Of a DNA stretch of 64,000 nucleotides, positions 50,101-61,479 are shown piece by piece. The stretch comes from Narcine bancroftii (Eukaryota), in assembly GCF_036971445.1 (NCBI RefSeq), contig NC_091469.1, positions 36,642,001 through 36,706,000 of the forward strand, read 5' to 3'. The position numbers were made by a program, and so were the translations under genes. The first letter of the stretch is position 1. Each line of letters starts with the position of its first letter. A model generated the notes under the pieces. The model made no database searches and was not told where the DNA came from. It saw only the letters and a list, made by a program, of their open reading frames with translations.

Positions 50101-53100
50101 GACTGGGCCTTTTCAGTGGATTGACCTGTGCCAGGAGCATCATTTTGGGAAGTGAAGTGCTTCATTTTGATTGTGACTAACAGTTAAGGTCACTTGGAGA
50201 CACTCCTTCATTTTAAGTGTGACTAGCAGTGAAGTTACTTGGAGAGACCAGTGCCAGGGTCTTGGAAGTTTCATGGATGCTGTCCAGTTGGAGTCTTGCC
50301 TATAAAAGAACCAGGAGTGTTATGACCACAGCTCATGTGAATGGACATTTCTTCAAAGGCACTGCAAGAAGAATTTCTGAGCCTGTAGCAGTAACAACTC
50401 CAGTCTTCCCATGAGTTCAACATTAATTCTGGACATCAAATTTATATGCAGATTGAGGAGGATTTACATAGATGGAAGAGCCTGCCCATTACTCTGATGG
50501 GCAGAATCAGTTGTATTAAGATGCAGTGATGCCAAGACTGCAATGTTTCTTTCAATCCTTGTCCATTCCTATACAAACACATTTTTTAAAGAATTTAACA
50601 AGCATTCAGTCAATTTATATGGAATCCTAAGAAACCAAGAGTCTGCATGGAAAAACTTACTTTGGATTATTCATTGGATGGACTACGATTAACTGATTTT
50701 TTTTCTACAAAAAATACATATAATTTGGCTGCCCAATCGAAATTTATACCATCTATTTTTGAGGGAAGGGATATTTTTGATCAGGTTCAAATTGGTCTTC
50801 ACATGACAGATGAGAAGAAAGCAGAAGATTTCATTTACAAATGAAATATTAAATTATTATCTGGAAAGACTGGTAATCCCATTCAAAAACACATAGTGTG
50901 AATATGGCAGCAAATGAATAAATATATAGGTCTAAAAGTGGGGTTATCTTCAAAAACACCTTTGTATCAAAATGAGTTATTGCTACTGACATCAGGAAAT
51001 AAAATCCTGGATCCTTTGCACAGTAAAGGGATCAAGTGTATTGAGGATTGTTAAGAACCAGGATAACTTATGACATTTGAACAAGTAAAAAATAGATATG
51101 ATTTGTCAAATAGAACTTTCTTCTGCTATCTTCAATTAAATCTCTTTTAAAAGATAGTTTAGAACTAGCCATGACCCTGCCAAGGTGTAGTGACATGGAG
51201 CCTTCTTCAAAAGGAGATCACGTAAACTTGTATTTCAGATATATTTCCTAATGTAGAGCAATAGCATGAAACTGGGCTTGCACAACTCGAGGAAAAGGGA
51301 TGAACGGACTGGGGAAAAGGATCCAAGAACAATATGGGTCAAAATTGTGCTTTCATAATATTACATCATTTATTAATGTCAGATATAGATTGGTACAATA
51401 CAATTTTATGCACCTTGTACCTTAAATTGTAAAAATTACATGGCTTAAGATCTGAAATTTCAGAATTGTGTTTTAGGTGTGGTATAGAGATTGGAACATT
51501 TATACATTCTACCTAGTTATGCATGAAATTACAATCCTTTTGGTATGACTTGATAGACATTTTGACCAAATTTATTGAAGTGGATTTTCCATTTGGAACC
51601 AGACTGTATTTATTGAGCATCTTATGGTTATTGGCACAAAACTATCAAATACAGTTCATGAGGATTGCACTAGCAGTAGCCAGGAAATGTATAGCTGTTG
51701 CATGGAAATCTGACACTCCCCCTTCCCCCCCCCCCCCCCCCACCCTTATTATTTGCTGGAATATAGAAATGCAAAGTTGTGCCCCCTGAAAAAGATAACA
51801 TCATCTTAGAAAGAAATATGACATGTTTGTTAAAATATAGTAACCTTATTTGAATCATACTGGCTCAAGGATATAATTAACTTCACCAAAAATGTTCAAA
51901 TAATATAGTTAGTTTAATAGCATTGAATTCCTTAAGATTAAGGTATGGACTAATTATTTAAGGCTTACTCAAACACCCCTTTTTTTAAAGTTAGCATTTG
52001 AGGAGGGGGGAGGAGATCTGGGCAATCATATGAGACTCGGAAATTTTAAAATACTATTTGTATGATGTATTTAAGGATGTTCTATGAGTCTTGGAACAAT
52101 TAAAGTAAAATATGCAAAAAAGAATTCTGAACACAATTTGGATCTTGCAGCAATCCAAAATTGCATGTTCTTGCTTTGAATTTCAAGCCCATTAAAAAAG
52201 TATCAAAGCTCTCCACCTGCAGCTGCATGTATGAGCAAAACGCATATCTCTCGAATGTTTTAATTTTCCTTGGAGAACAATGTTCATCAAACATCTTGAT
52301 AACCTTGTCAAACTTGCCCTGGTCTTCTGCCTTGGCAGAACAAATGTATTGAGACCTCTAGTGCTTGAGGTCTCACCATGATAAGTAACAATGCAATCTT
52401 CTGTGCATCAGGTTTGCTATTAAGTCTAATGGCTTGCAGGTACAGCATTAATCTTTATTTGAACATCTTCCAATCGTGGTCGATATTTCGAGTCCAATTT
52501 ACAGCATCTGACATTCACACTTTCCATATTTTCTGCGGATATCAACTGATTTTCACTCCTGGTACCATGCACACTGCTGGTAATATGTAATGTTTCTTTT
52601 ACTGTAATAAAGAAATTTGGGTTCTTTTAAAACAACAATACTTTATTTGCTATAGAACCCATTAACAACCGGGTGGAGGTATCCATCTTGAATCCAACCC
52701 AAGCTGCAAAAAACTTCCTATAGTGGTTAGGAGGATCACTAACACTCTATCTACAGTATCCAAAGTTCAGCATAGTCCACCAGTGTGGTCTTGAGAAAAG
52801 CAGTAGGGGTTTGTGGTGTATGGTGGGATGAGTGCAGGCAACAGACAATTTCTATTCACCATTTCAGGTATACAGAAAATTATTCTCCGAGAAATGTTTA
52901 GATGCGAGTAGGGCAGGTTTGTAGCTGGATGCCTATTTCTCAAGTAGCAACAGAAACCCATTATCTGATTGAATGTTTTCCTCATCAATTCCTTTCTATC
53001 ATTATATACTGTATGTATATTTTCATTGTCATGTTTCAGTCGACTCTTTGAGAGTGTAAGAGTGCATAAAATGACACTTAATTTTTTTTAAATTTTAAAA

Positions 53101-56100
53101 CAAACTTTTCTTTGCTCTGTTATTTCTCTCACAAAACCTGGCATTGTTGTAAAACAGCTCCAATCTGGTAATCCTTTTGGACAACATGGCTTTTGATGAA
53201 ATACAGAAAAATAGGTGGATGAGACAACATGTGTCCAGTGGTTTTCAAAATGGTTGACATGAGTCAGTGGTTAGCTGATCATGTGATATGTCTTCTGGAA
53301 GCACATCAATACTTTGTTGATACTGAGATGTGACTCCCAGACAATAATGTGCAAAGATAATGCCTATGCAACACAAGTATGAATATAGCACAATCATTAA
53401 ATACTGTGAAATAAAGGGAAAAAGTGTGGAATTCCTCTGGATTTTGAAAAATAGTGAACAGGATATGATTGATATGGTTTCCCCACATATCCATTAAATG
53501 ATATGAAGTCACACTTTTATTCATCCAGAAAATGACTAGCTGGCAGAAAGTTCAAGGCAGGGGAGAAGGGAAAACTCTACTCTGGCTTGCTTGGGCAAAT
53601 ACAGGCCAAAAGATGTATTAACTATTCCAAGGTCATCAAAAAATTTAGTTGCATTTTGTAAAGCATACAGGGTGGAAATAGCTGCTAGAAACATGAAATA
53701 ATTGAGGCTTCACACTGTACTTTTCTTCTAAAATTCTATTCAGGAACTATGACACATAGCATTCCACATGCAGGAAATCTGAAGAGAAAATTTCACCCGT
53801 CCTGTACAAGAAGTAATTGAAATAACAGCAAAGAAATAAAAATCAGTAATGCAGCCACCATGTCATCCAACAATGCAGCAAAAAAAAAAGGCCTTTCGGC
53901 TCAATTTGTCTCTGCTGACTTGGTTTTCTAATTACGCTTTTCCCATTTGCCTGTACTTGTCCCATATCCCTTCATATCTCTCCAAGTAAAGAACCTGGCA
54001 AAGACTTTTGAATATCATAATTGTAAAAGTCTCTACAGCTTTCTCTGACAACTCATTCCATGTACTGAATGTATAAAATTTACCCCTCGCATCTGTTTTA
54101 AATGTTTCCCCCTCTTACTTTAAATCTATACTCTTCAGCTTTGGACTCCTCTATCTTGGGAAAAATATTGTGTCCATTCTCCTTATTTAAGCTCCTCGTG
54201 ATTTTATACACTATATACTGTATAAGGTCACCTCAGCCTCCTACAGTCCAGGAAAAAAATTCCTGCCGAACCAGCCTCTCCTTGTAATTCAAGCTTTTCA
54301 GTCCCAATGACATCCTTGTGAATCTTTTAGACACTCTTTCCAGTTTAATGAAATTCTTCAATAGCTGGGCAACCAGAACTACCACATAGTACTCAAATTG
54401 TAGCCTTACTAATATATCTTGTACATAATAATTGTAACATGATATCACAACTCCTTTACTCTGATACTCTAATGCTATGACTAATGAAGGCAAATGTGGC
54501 AAATATCTTCACCACCCTGTACACCTGTGTTGCCACTTGCTTTGAATTGCAGAGGAGGAGGAGGAGGTCTGAAGGAAACTGAAGGATTGAATGTGAAACT
54601 GAGAGATACTGAATTATGCAAAGAGCAATGATAAGAGAGGATGCTGAAGGCTTGTTAATGACCTCTGTTCTGCTCCGAGGAGAATTAAATAGGAGGTGAG
54701 AGGAAACAGATGAGAGAGAAAACAAAAAATTGTGAGATATGGTCCTGTTTGCATAGCAGTTAGCACGATGCTGTTACAGTGCCAGTAACCCGAGTTCAAA
54801 TCCAGCACTGTCTGTAAGGAATTTGTACGTACTCTCCGTGATTTGTGTGGGTTTTCCTGGGTGCTCCAGTTTCAAAACATATGGGGTTGTAGATTAATTG
54901 GATGCAATTGAGTGGCTCAGGTTTCAATGGATAGAATCAGCTTCTAATGTGCTGTAAATAAAATTGTAAAAAATATTAAAACTCTAAAGTTGCTGAAGTA
55001 GAAGGAAATACACACTCACCATCTCTACAGAGAGAAAATATGAGTCAATACTTATTGGTTCAGATAAAATGCTGCATCTCCAACTCGTGTTATGCTTCAT
55101 TGAAAATGTATGAGGCAAAAGAGAGAGGTCACAGTGCAGGAATGCAGAATTTAAATGGTAGCTTCATATATTGGGCAAAATTAACTTGGATTAATTTCTG
55201 TCCCCAGAGACTCTGGTTGTTTGCTCAACATCCTGCACGTACTTGCTTGAGGCTGCTAGCTGCCTAAAGAAACATACGACTATTTGGCATTCAAGCGATG
55301 TCGTCTTCTGGCAAAGCCTGAAATAGGAGCAAGAACAATCTGTACAGTCCCTGAATACTGCTCCAGCATTCCATCAGCTGACCAATCTGAGATCTACATT
55401 GTGGTCTGACCTCCATGACATAGGAAAGGAATTAGGCCATTTGGTCCATTGAGTCAATCCTGTCATTCTATCATGGCTGATTTACCATTGTTTTCAACTT
55501 CATTCCCTTGTCTTATCTCCATAACTCTTGATTTCTTTCCTAATCTAGAACCTATCTTACTCTGTCTTTATTATAGCCAATGCATTCCCTCAATTCACCA
55601 TCCGCTGGGTAAAGAAATTTCTCCTCATCTCTGCTCTAAAGTTCCTTCTGATCCTAGGCTCCCCACCACAGGAAACAATGTCTCTCCACATCTCTCCATG
55701 TGTGAACTAAAGAAAAATATAGACCTGAAACATTCACTGTTTCTCTCTGCACAGATGCTATCTGAGTAGCTGAATAGTTCCAGTAAATAGTGTCTTATTT
55801 CAAATTCCCAGCATCTGTAATTTTTTGATTTTTACAAACTCCAGAGTGAATGATTTCTGATATGAAACCCTGTGATTGCAGACACAGCGAATTTCCAGAG
55901 AACTATTTTGAGGGAGGTAATTTCTGAATTAAGTGGCTGGGAAGAACCACATACTGGCTGTGACCAGCAGATCATCAGCTTTTAGTCATTCAAACCAGAG
56001 TCTGGGACCTGCTGCCTGATACATTGGGTCGAATCAATCATGGCATTCTGTTGCTGAACACCAGTGAAAGCCAAATACATGACTGTCTTACTGGGACTCC

Positions 56101-59100
56101 CCAGCATTAGACTGAGGAATCCCTGGAGTTAGACTGAGGGAGTGAATCTGATCCTGTGTTCACCTGGTGCAAGAATTTAAACTCCATTGATATCACTGAG
56201 GATTCTAATGGGTACTAGGGGGCGAAAGGGATGTAAAGCTTCTTAACTTATCTGGATTATTTTACTAAAGTTATTTCTAAGAGTTTCAATGTATTTTGAG
56301 AAACCGCAAACAGTTACATTGTTAAAAAATAAGTTTTACTTTAAATTTGAACAGCTTTAAAGTATCTTTGAGTTTTATGTTTAAAAAAGCATTGATGATT
56401 AAAAAATAAGAATGACAGCTTTAATAGAAGTCAAAGGTCCAACTCCAGCTTTGTCTTCTATTAAAGCCTATTGGGGAAGGACTTGGGCATTTCACCACCA
56501 CTACTGTTTGGCCCTCACCATTGAATTCATAAATTGTGCCCCTGCTTCAATCCCAGGTAAGTGTGAATGGGTGGGGGGGGGGGGCATGACCATTCAACCT
56601 TGTCAATGACATCCATCCACTACATACCAAAATGACACTGCTGCCTAGTGCTTTATTATGCTCACCAATGTGCTTTGTTACTTTCAGTGCAGATGGACAC
56701 TTTGAATCTTCCTTTGCGACAAAGGCTATTGTAAGATACAACGGGACAGTGAGGTGGACACCTCCTGCAAGTTACAAAAGCTCTTGCACAATAGATGTCA
56801 CCTTTTTTCCGTTCGACAAACAGAACTGCTCAATGAAATTTGGATCTTGGACCTATGATGGTGGATTGGTTGATCTAATTCTAGTGGATAAAGATGTGGA
56901 CCAGAAGGATTTCTTTGACAACGGAGAGTGGGAAATCTTAAATGCCACTGGGATAAAAGGGATAAGAAGAGATGGTTATTATTCCTATCCATTTATCACC
57001 TATTCTTTTATAGTGAGACGCTTGCCTCTATTCTACACTTTGTTCCTGATTGTCCCTTGCCTCGGCTTATCTCTTCTAACTGTCCTGGTATTTTACACAC
57101 CATCAGATGAAGGGGAGAAGCTATCACTCTCCACTTCAGTTCTAGTTTCCTTGACTGTGTTCCTTTTGCTTATTGAAGAAATAATCCCTACCTCCTCCAG
57201 GGTCATCCCTTTGATAGGGGAGTATTTATTGTTTATTATGATCTTTGTCACCCTCTCGATCATTGTGACTGTTTTCATTATAAACATACATCACCGGTCC
57301 TCGGCCACATACCACCCCATGGCTCCTTGGGTCAAGAAGCTGTTTCTTCAAACCCTTCCCAGACTTCTGTGTATTAGAGGCCACACTGATCGCTATCGCT
57401 GTCCAGGAAGTGCTCCCAATAGTCCAAAGGGAAAGCAAAATCCCCATGAAAAGCATTGTCACAGCTCAGCAAAGAGCAATGAAAATGCTGCCACGGTGGC
57501 CATCCTAGAAAAGGCTGCTGAGTCGGTGAGATACATCTCAAGTCACATAAAGAAGGAGCATTCCATTTGCGAGGTAAGGAAAATTGAGAGCATATTAGTG
57601 GTTGTCACAACACACAATACCATTAAGGTATATTGATTGCAACTTCACCTAATGATTCCAGCAATCTGGATACAATGTCCAGCAAAGGATCATTAAATAA
57701 GTGTGATTACTTGGGACGTCTGCCATTTCAAGATTATTCTATTGTCATGTAATAAAACAGAAAATGTGATATTACATAAAATTTCCTTTAATCTACTGTG
57801 AGGCAGACAAAGATTCACAAACAGCAGAAATTGCCCTCTGCCCCTTGGGTCCTCTAGACAAGCAAAAAAGAGTCCCCCTGAGTCACTGAGTGTCCATGGG
57901 TTTGCTTCCAGCTCTCATGTAGCCTCGGTAGCCACACAGCTTGCAATCCAAACTATCAGCAATCCAAGCTCCAGATTCAAATGTATTACACGATCAGGAA
58001 GCCTCCAGCGCCCATGGTACCCACTCAAGTTTCAGTTCTGATACATAGAACCTAGAACAATACAACACAGTACAGACCCTTTGGCCTTCAATTTTGTGCT
58101 GACCAATATATCCCTTAAAAAAAAAAGTACCAAACCCTCCCTACCCCGTAACCCTCTATTTTTCTTTCAATCATGTGTATGTCTAATGTTCAGCTTCACC
58201 CCATTCCCATCAGGGCATTCCAGGCACCCAAAACTTGCTGTGTAAGGAACTTCAGATTTCTCCCCTCCCTCAACATTATGCATATGCCCTCTGGTGTTTG
58301 TTGATCCTGCCCTAGGAAACAGGTGCTGGTTGTCCACCCTATCTATCTATGCCTCTCATAATCTTGTAGAGCTCTGAAAAGTTTCCTCTCATACATGGTA
58401 TCCCTTCAGCCCATCTCGAGCCAGTCTCCAGCAATCTGTAGTCTGCATGGGTTCCTCGCCTCAAGTCACCAACAGCCCGCCACCTGTATATTCTTCAATC
58501 TCAGAGCCCCTCGCTGGTCTGCCACCATGGTCGTCATCATGTGGGTTGTCTCCTCTGCTTATCCTTCTCAAATAGGGGGTGGTCTCCCTATTTTCTGGTG
58601 CCCTGCACTAGTCCTCTGCAGCCCCTCGTAGCCATTGCCATCTTGGGCCCAGACCCAGCGTTTGCAGGATTTTAAAATAAACAACTGTTGGCTCATTTAA
58701 CGAGCCAATTAAAGCCTCTATGGAGCTGATGGCAATCCTTCCTTTATATATTCCAAAATTGAGAGTGCAGTAAAGTGAGCTTTTGAGATTTGACCATGAG
58801 TGTAGGTCTAGACCAGTTGGTGAGGCCTTATAGTCACATATCTGCAAAATCTTCACTTTAACTAAACCTTGGTTCAATTTGTACCTTTTCTAAACATTTT
58901 CTTGTTATTTTGAATCTAATTTACCTTTACTAAACATTTTCTTGTAATTTTGAATCTAATTATCTCAGTCTATGAGGATTCAACCAAAGATGGCTTTGGA
59001 ATTCAAAGACCCTGAACTGGATCTCCCTTTAATGGCACAAATTCAAATACCAAGAAGCCAGTTTTTGAGCTGGAAGTTCAATTGGCCAGTGTGGTGAACT

Positions 59101-59943
59101 GCTGCTTTCCTGATTACCTGGCTCAACCCCGTTCTGTGACTGTGGGCTCCTCCCTCTTGTATAAAGCTTCTAACACCTTGACCCTTCCCCAGAAAGCCTG
59201 GGTCATGGCACAGGATGAGGTCCCTGTCCATTGTGAATAAAAGCTTGTAGATTAGATTCTCAGTTTCAGCCTCTTGAGTTATTTACTGGGTATCAGCCAG
59301 TTTTGCCATTAACCAGAATAATTTATGACAGTAGCCCATCCTACTTTGTTCCATTGTTTGTTAATGGTAGATGCATGTTGCTTAAAACAAAATAAAAATT
59401 GATCATAACTGAAGATCATTGGTTGCACTTCATAAATTAGCTCCAATTAGGAATAAATGTATAACTAACCAGGATTTTCAAAGTAGCACCTTGTGTTCTT
59501 TGTTCAGCAGAATGTAATGCATCGTCCTGCCTGCTCAACAGTTGTGCCATTCTTTAACCTGTGGTCCAAATTACCAAAATCTGATGCGCCTAATCCACTA
59601 TTCACCAATGAGTTTAATCCTCTTCTGCATCTAAAAGACAGTATGGTGCAAAAAGGAATTGGGAGTAAATATCTTTTACTAATCCAGTTTATGGATCAAT
59701 TTTCCACTTAAAAATCTCAAGTTTTTCGAGGATATGCTGGCAATGCTTAGATTATGTTTTTAATTCTGGTTTCCCTTTGCTCAGGTTGTGGAAGACTGGA
59801 AATTTGTAGCTCAAGTTCTGGACCGAATTTTCTTATGGCTCTTTTTGCTGGTAGCCATTCTTGGATCAGTGTTGATATTTGTACCAGCACTTCGAATGTG
59901 GGAGAGCATTGTCATAATGCCCAGCGTAAACTATAACAATTAA
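41081..59943 (+). CDS. CHRNB3: Neuronal nicotinic acetylcholine receptor subunit beta-3, spliced gene, 6 coding exons, about 468 aa
   Basis: Exons 41081-41135, 45634-45785, 47108-47152, 48006-48115, 56688-57573 and 59785-59943 join in frame (1407 nt). [37 protein letters not shown], no vicinal Cys, M2 [13 protein letters not shown] with Val at 9', and YHPMAPWVK are all typical of beta3. Confidence 0.93.
43947..44046 (-). mobile_element. RTE-clade LINE, about 100-bp 3' end, in CHRNB3 intron 1
   Basis: Family 3' terminus; TSD ACCCATT at 43940-43946 and 44047-44053. Confidence 0.88.
45328..45537 (-). mobile_element. HE1/V-SINE-like SINE
   Basis: Homologous to the other SINE copies (CAATTACACCCAATTGAC, AAAACCCACACAGACATGGGGAGAA). 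Confidence 0.65.
45634..45785 (+). CDS. CHRNB3: CHRNB3 exon 2
   Basis: TTTCAG acceptor; [40 protein letters not shown]; GTAAG donor. Confidence 0.92.
45974..46121. other. Assembly gap (148 N) in CHRNB3 intron 2
   Basis: Run of N. Confidence 1.
47108..47152 (+). CDS. CHRNB3: CHRNB3 exon 3 (45 nt)
   Basis: CAG|[15 protein letters not shown]|GTAAGG. Confidence 0.93.
48006..48115 (+). CDS. CHRNB3: CHRNB3 exon 4 (110 nt)
   Basis: TAG|[36 protein letters not shown]|GTAGG; not listed in the ORF track in this frame. Confidence 0.93.
48529..49533. mobile_element. Probable solo LTR, about 1 kb
   Basis: Bounded by TGTTA...TAACA, non-coding, with an internal (CTCTCC)n tract. No clear TSD. Confidence 0.45.
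50440..51870 (+). mobile_element. Degenerate L1-clade LINE ORF2 3' portion
   Basis: [12 protein letters not shown]...GLRL..F..YNLAAQ, and a Cys/His-rich C-terminal motif [13 protein letters not shown]...C.KLQSFW. Confidence 0.7.
52130..52755 (-). mobile_element. Gypsy 5' remnant: LTR, tRNA-Leu PBS and gag fragment
   Basis: gag-like [15 protein letters not shown]....[34 protein letters not shown] at 52554-52567 matches the 3' end of tRNA-Leu(UAA). Short LTR at about 52586-52755. Confidence 0.7.
53880..54540 (-). mobile_element. CR1-type LINE 3' portion
   Basis: [10 protein letters not shown]...[22 protein letters not shown], a CR1 ORF2 C-terminal motif. Confidence 0.7.
54741..54960 (+). mobile_element. 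HE1/V-SINE-like SINE
   Basis: tRNA-like head with B box GAGTTCAAATCC, core GTGTGGGTTTTCCTGGGTGCTCCAGTTTC and a CR1-like tail. Confidence 0.7.
56688..57573 (+). CDS. CHRNB3: CHRNB3 exon 5 (Cys-loop, M1-M3, cytoplasmic loop)
   Basis: Within ORF 56632-57636; acceptor TTTCAG at 56687, donor GAG|GTAAGG. Confidence 0.95.
58041..58396 (-). mobile_element. CR1-type 3' end nested in the unclassified repeat
   Basis: Reverse complement of a CR1 tail; ATACAT on both sides (58041 and 58391) is a candidate TSD. Confidence 0.6.
59785..59943 (+). CDS. CHRNB3: CHRNB3 exon 6 (M4, stop)
   Basis: CTCAG|[52 protein letters not shown]. Confidence 0.92.
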   Translation, partial: VVEDWKFVAQVLDRIFLWLFLLVAILGSVLIFVPALRMWESIVIMPSVNYNN

Positions 59944-61479
59944 TCTTGTATATGGCCCAGTCATATTTGGAGCTGGTTTGCTAATATATCTCTTGTTACT
60001 ACATTCAACTATATTTTGTGGAAGGAAAATGATTTGATAAGGTGTCATTTGAAAAGCATCAGAAAAAAGACTCATTCTCAAAAGGTTTTTACTAGATATC
60101 AAAATGATTCATTGGAAGAATTTGAGCAACAAATTATGTTAAGTACAAATCACATTTCCATGCATTTTGGCAAATACAGTATTGAAAAACATTGAGTTTC
60201 CACTCCCCCGACTGAAGTGACTACTGAAATGCTTCCACTCATTACTCCTGTCTATGACCAAAAAAAAGGAGCAAAACTATTTGGCCCTACACATCTGCTC
60301 CAAATAGAAACTTTAGAAGTTATATATGTGAACCAACATGACAGGAAAAAAAATTCTGTGTGTGTATTTTAAGTCATTTTTCATTGTGGGGTGGAGAAAA
60401 GGACAATATAATAAATAGTTATTATTTTGGGATTCACCTATTTTCAGTCATATCAATCAAACTACATCATGTTGTCACCATTAAAGTACAACAAGAGATA
60501 GTTGTAATGCAATTGTTACAGTTGTATTCAAAATGCTGTCAGAGTTTAGCTCCATGGAAGATTTTCCATTCATTGATAGGCAAATAAGTTTGGATGGAAA
60601 CTTAAGAAAAATGAAAAAACTCTGACAATTAATTCACTTTCTAGCATAATCTACACCTCGATTGCCAATTGCATTCAAAGTAAAATTCAGTTATTTATAC
60701 TTAAGCTTATTGTAGTCTCATTTTGGATAAAATGTCAGTATATCATTGAGTAATGTATTTCATTCTTCAAAACATGACATTGTGTGTTGTGATCACACTT
60801 AATTTTATTTGAAATGTGAATGATAAATTCTCCAGCAGGACAATGTGAATTATATCACATATAGACACATGCACATATTTATTATATGATCATTATTTTG
60901 GCAGAAGAAAGTTTTATATTACAAACTAATAAACATGCTCTCATTTATAATGGCCACTTTATGAAAAAGTTCAGTCAAATTGGGTCTACTTGCTGAAGTC
61001 AATGATGCTGGCTATCTTGTTACTATGTTTATCAATGTTCTACATTTAGAAAATACAAAAAAAAAGGAACCTGAAGTCGCCACTTTCGTATTATGTCCTG
61101 CCTTGTTTAAGCTGGGTTTGTTGTTCTGAATCACAGTTAGGATTTCAAAGCCTTGAAATGCACATATAAGCTGCTGGTATTTCTTATAGTTGTATTCACC
61201 AATCAATGCTCTTGTAGTCTTCAAACCCAGTTAATTTGCATATCACTATGCCGTAGTAAAATATTCTCTTGCTACGAATATTCTTTCGGCTCTTTCATCC
61301 ACACAGAATAACAATGATATCCAACATTAATTTTTAAAAATACAACTTGAATCCTAAGCAAAGTGTGAAATGTGTCTATTTCAATGCAAGGAGTATTTGG
61401 AATAAAGGAAATGAACTTAGAGCATGGATCAGTACATGGAATTGCAATGTTGTGGCTGATGGAAGGATAGAATGAGCTG

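Noticed and set aside
54741-54812. tRNA gene
   Set aside because: The A/B-box-like head continues into a SINE body found in several decayed copies; there is no intact cloverleaf.
58971-59295. Possible short solo LTR in CHRNB3 intron 5
   Set aside because: It has TATA-like and AATAAA motifs, but the termini and TSD are not clear enough to support a call.
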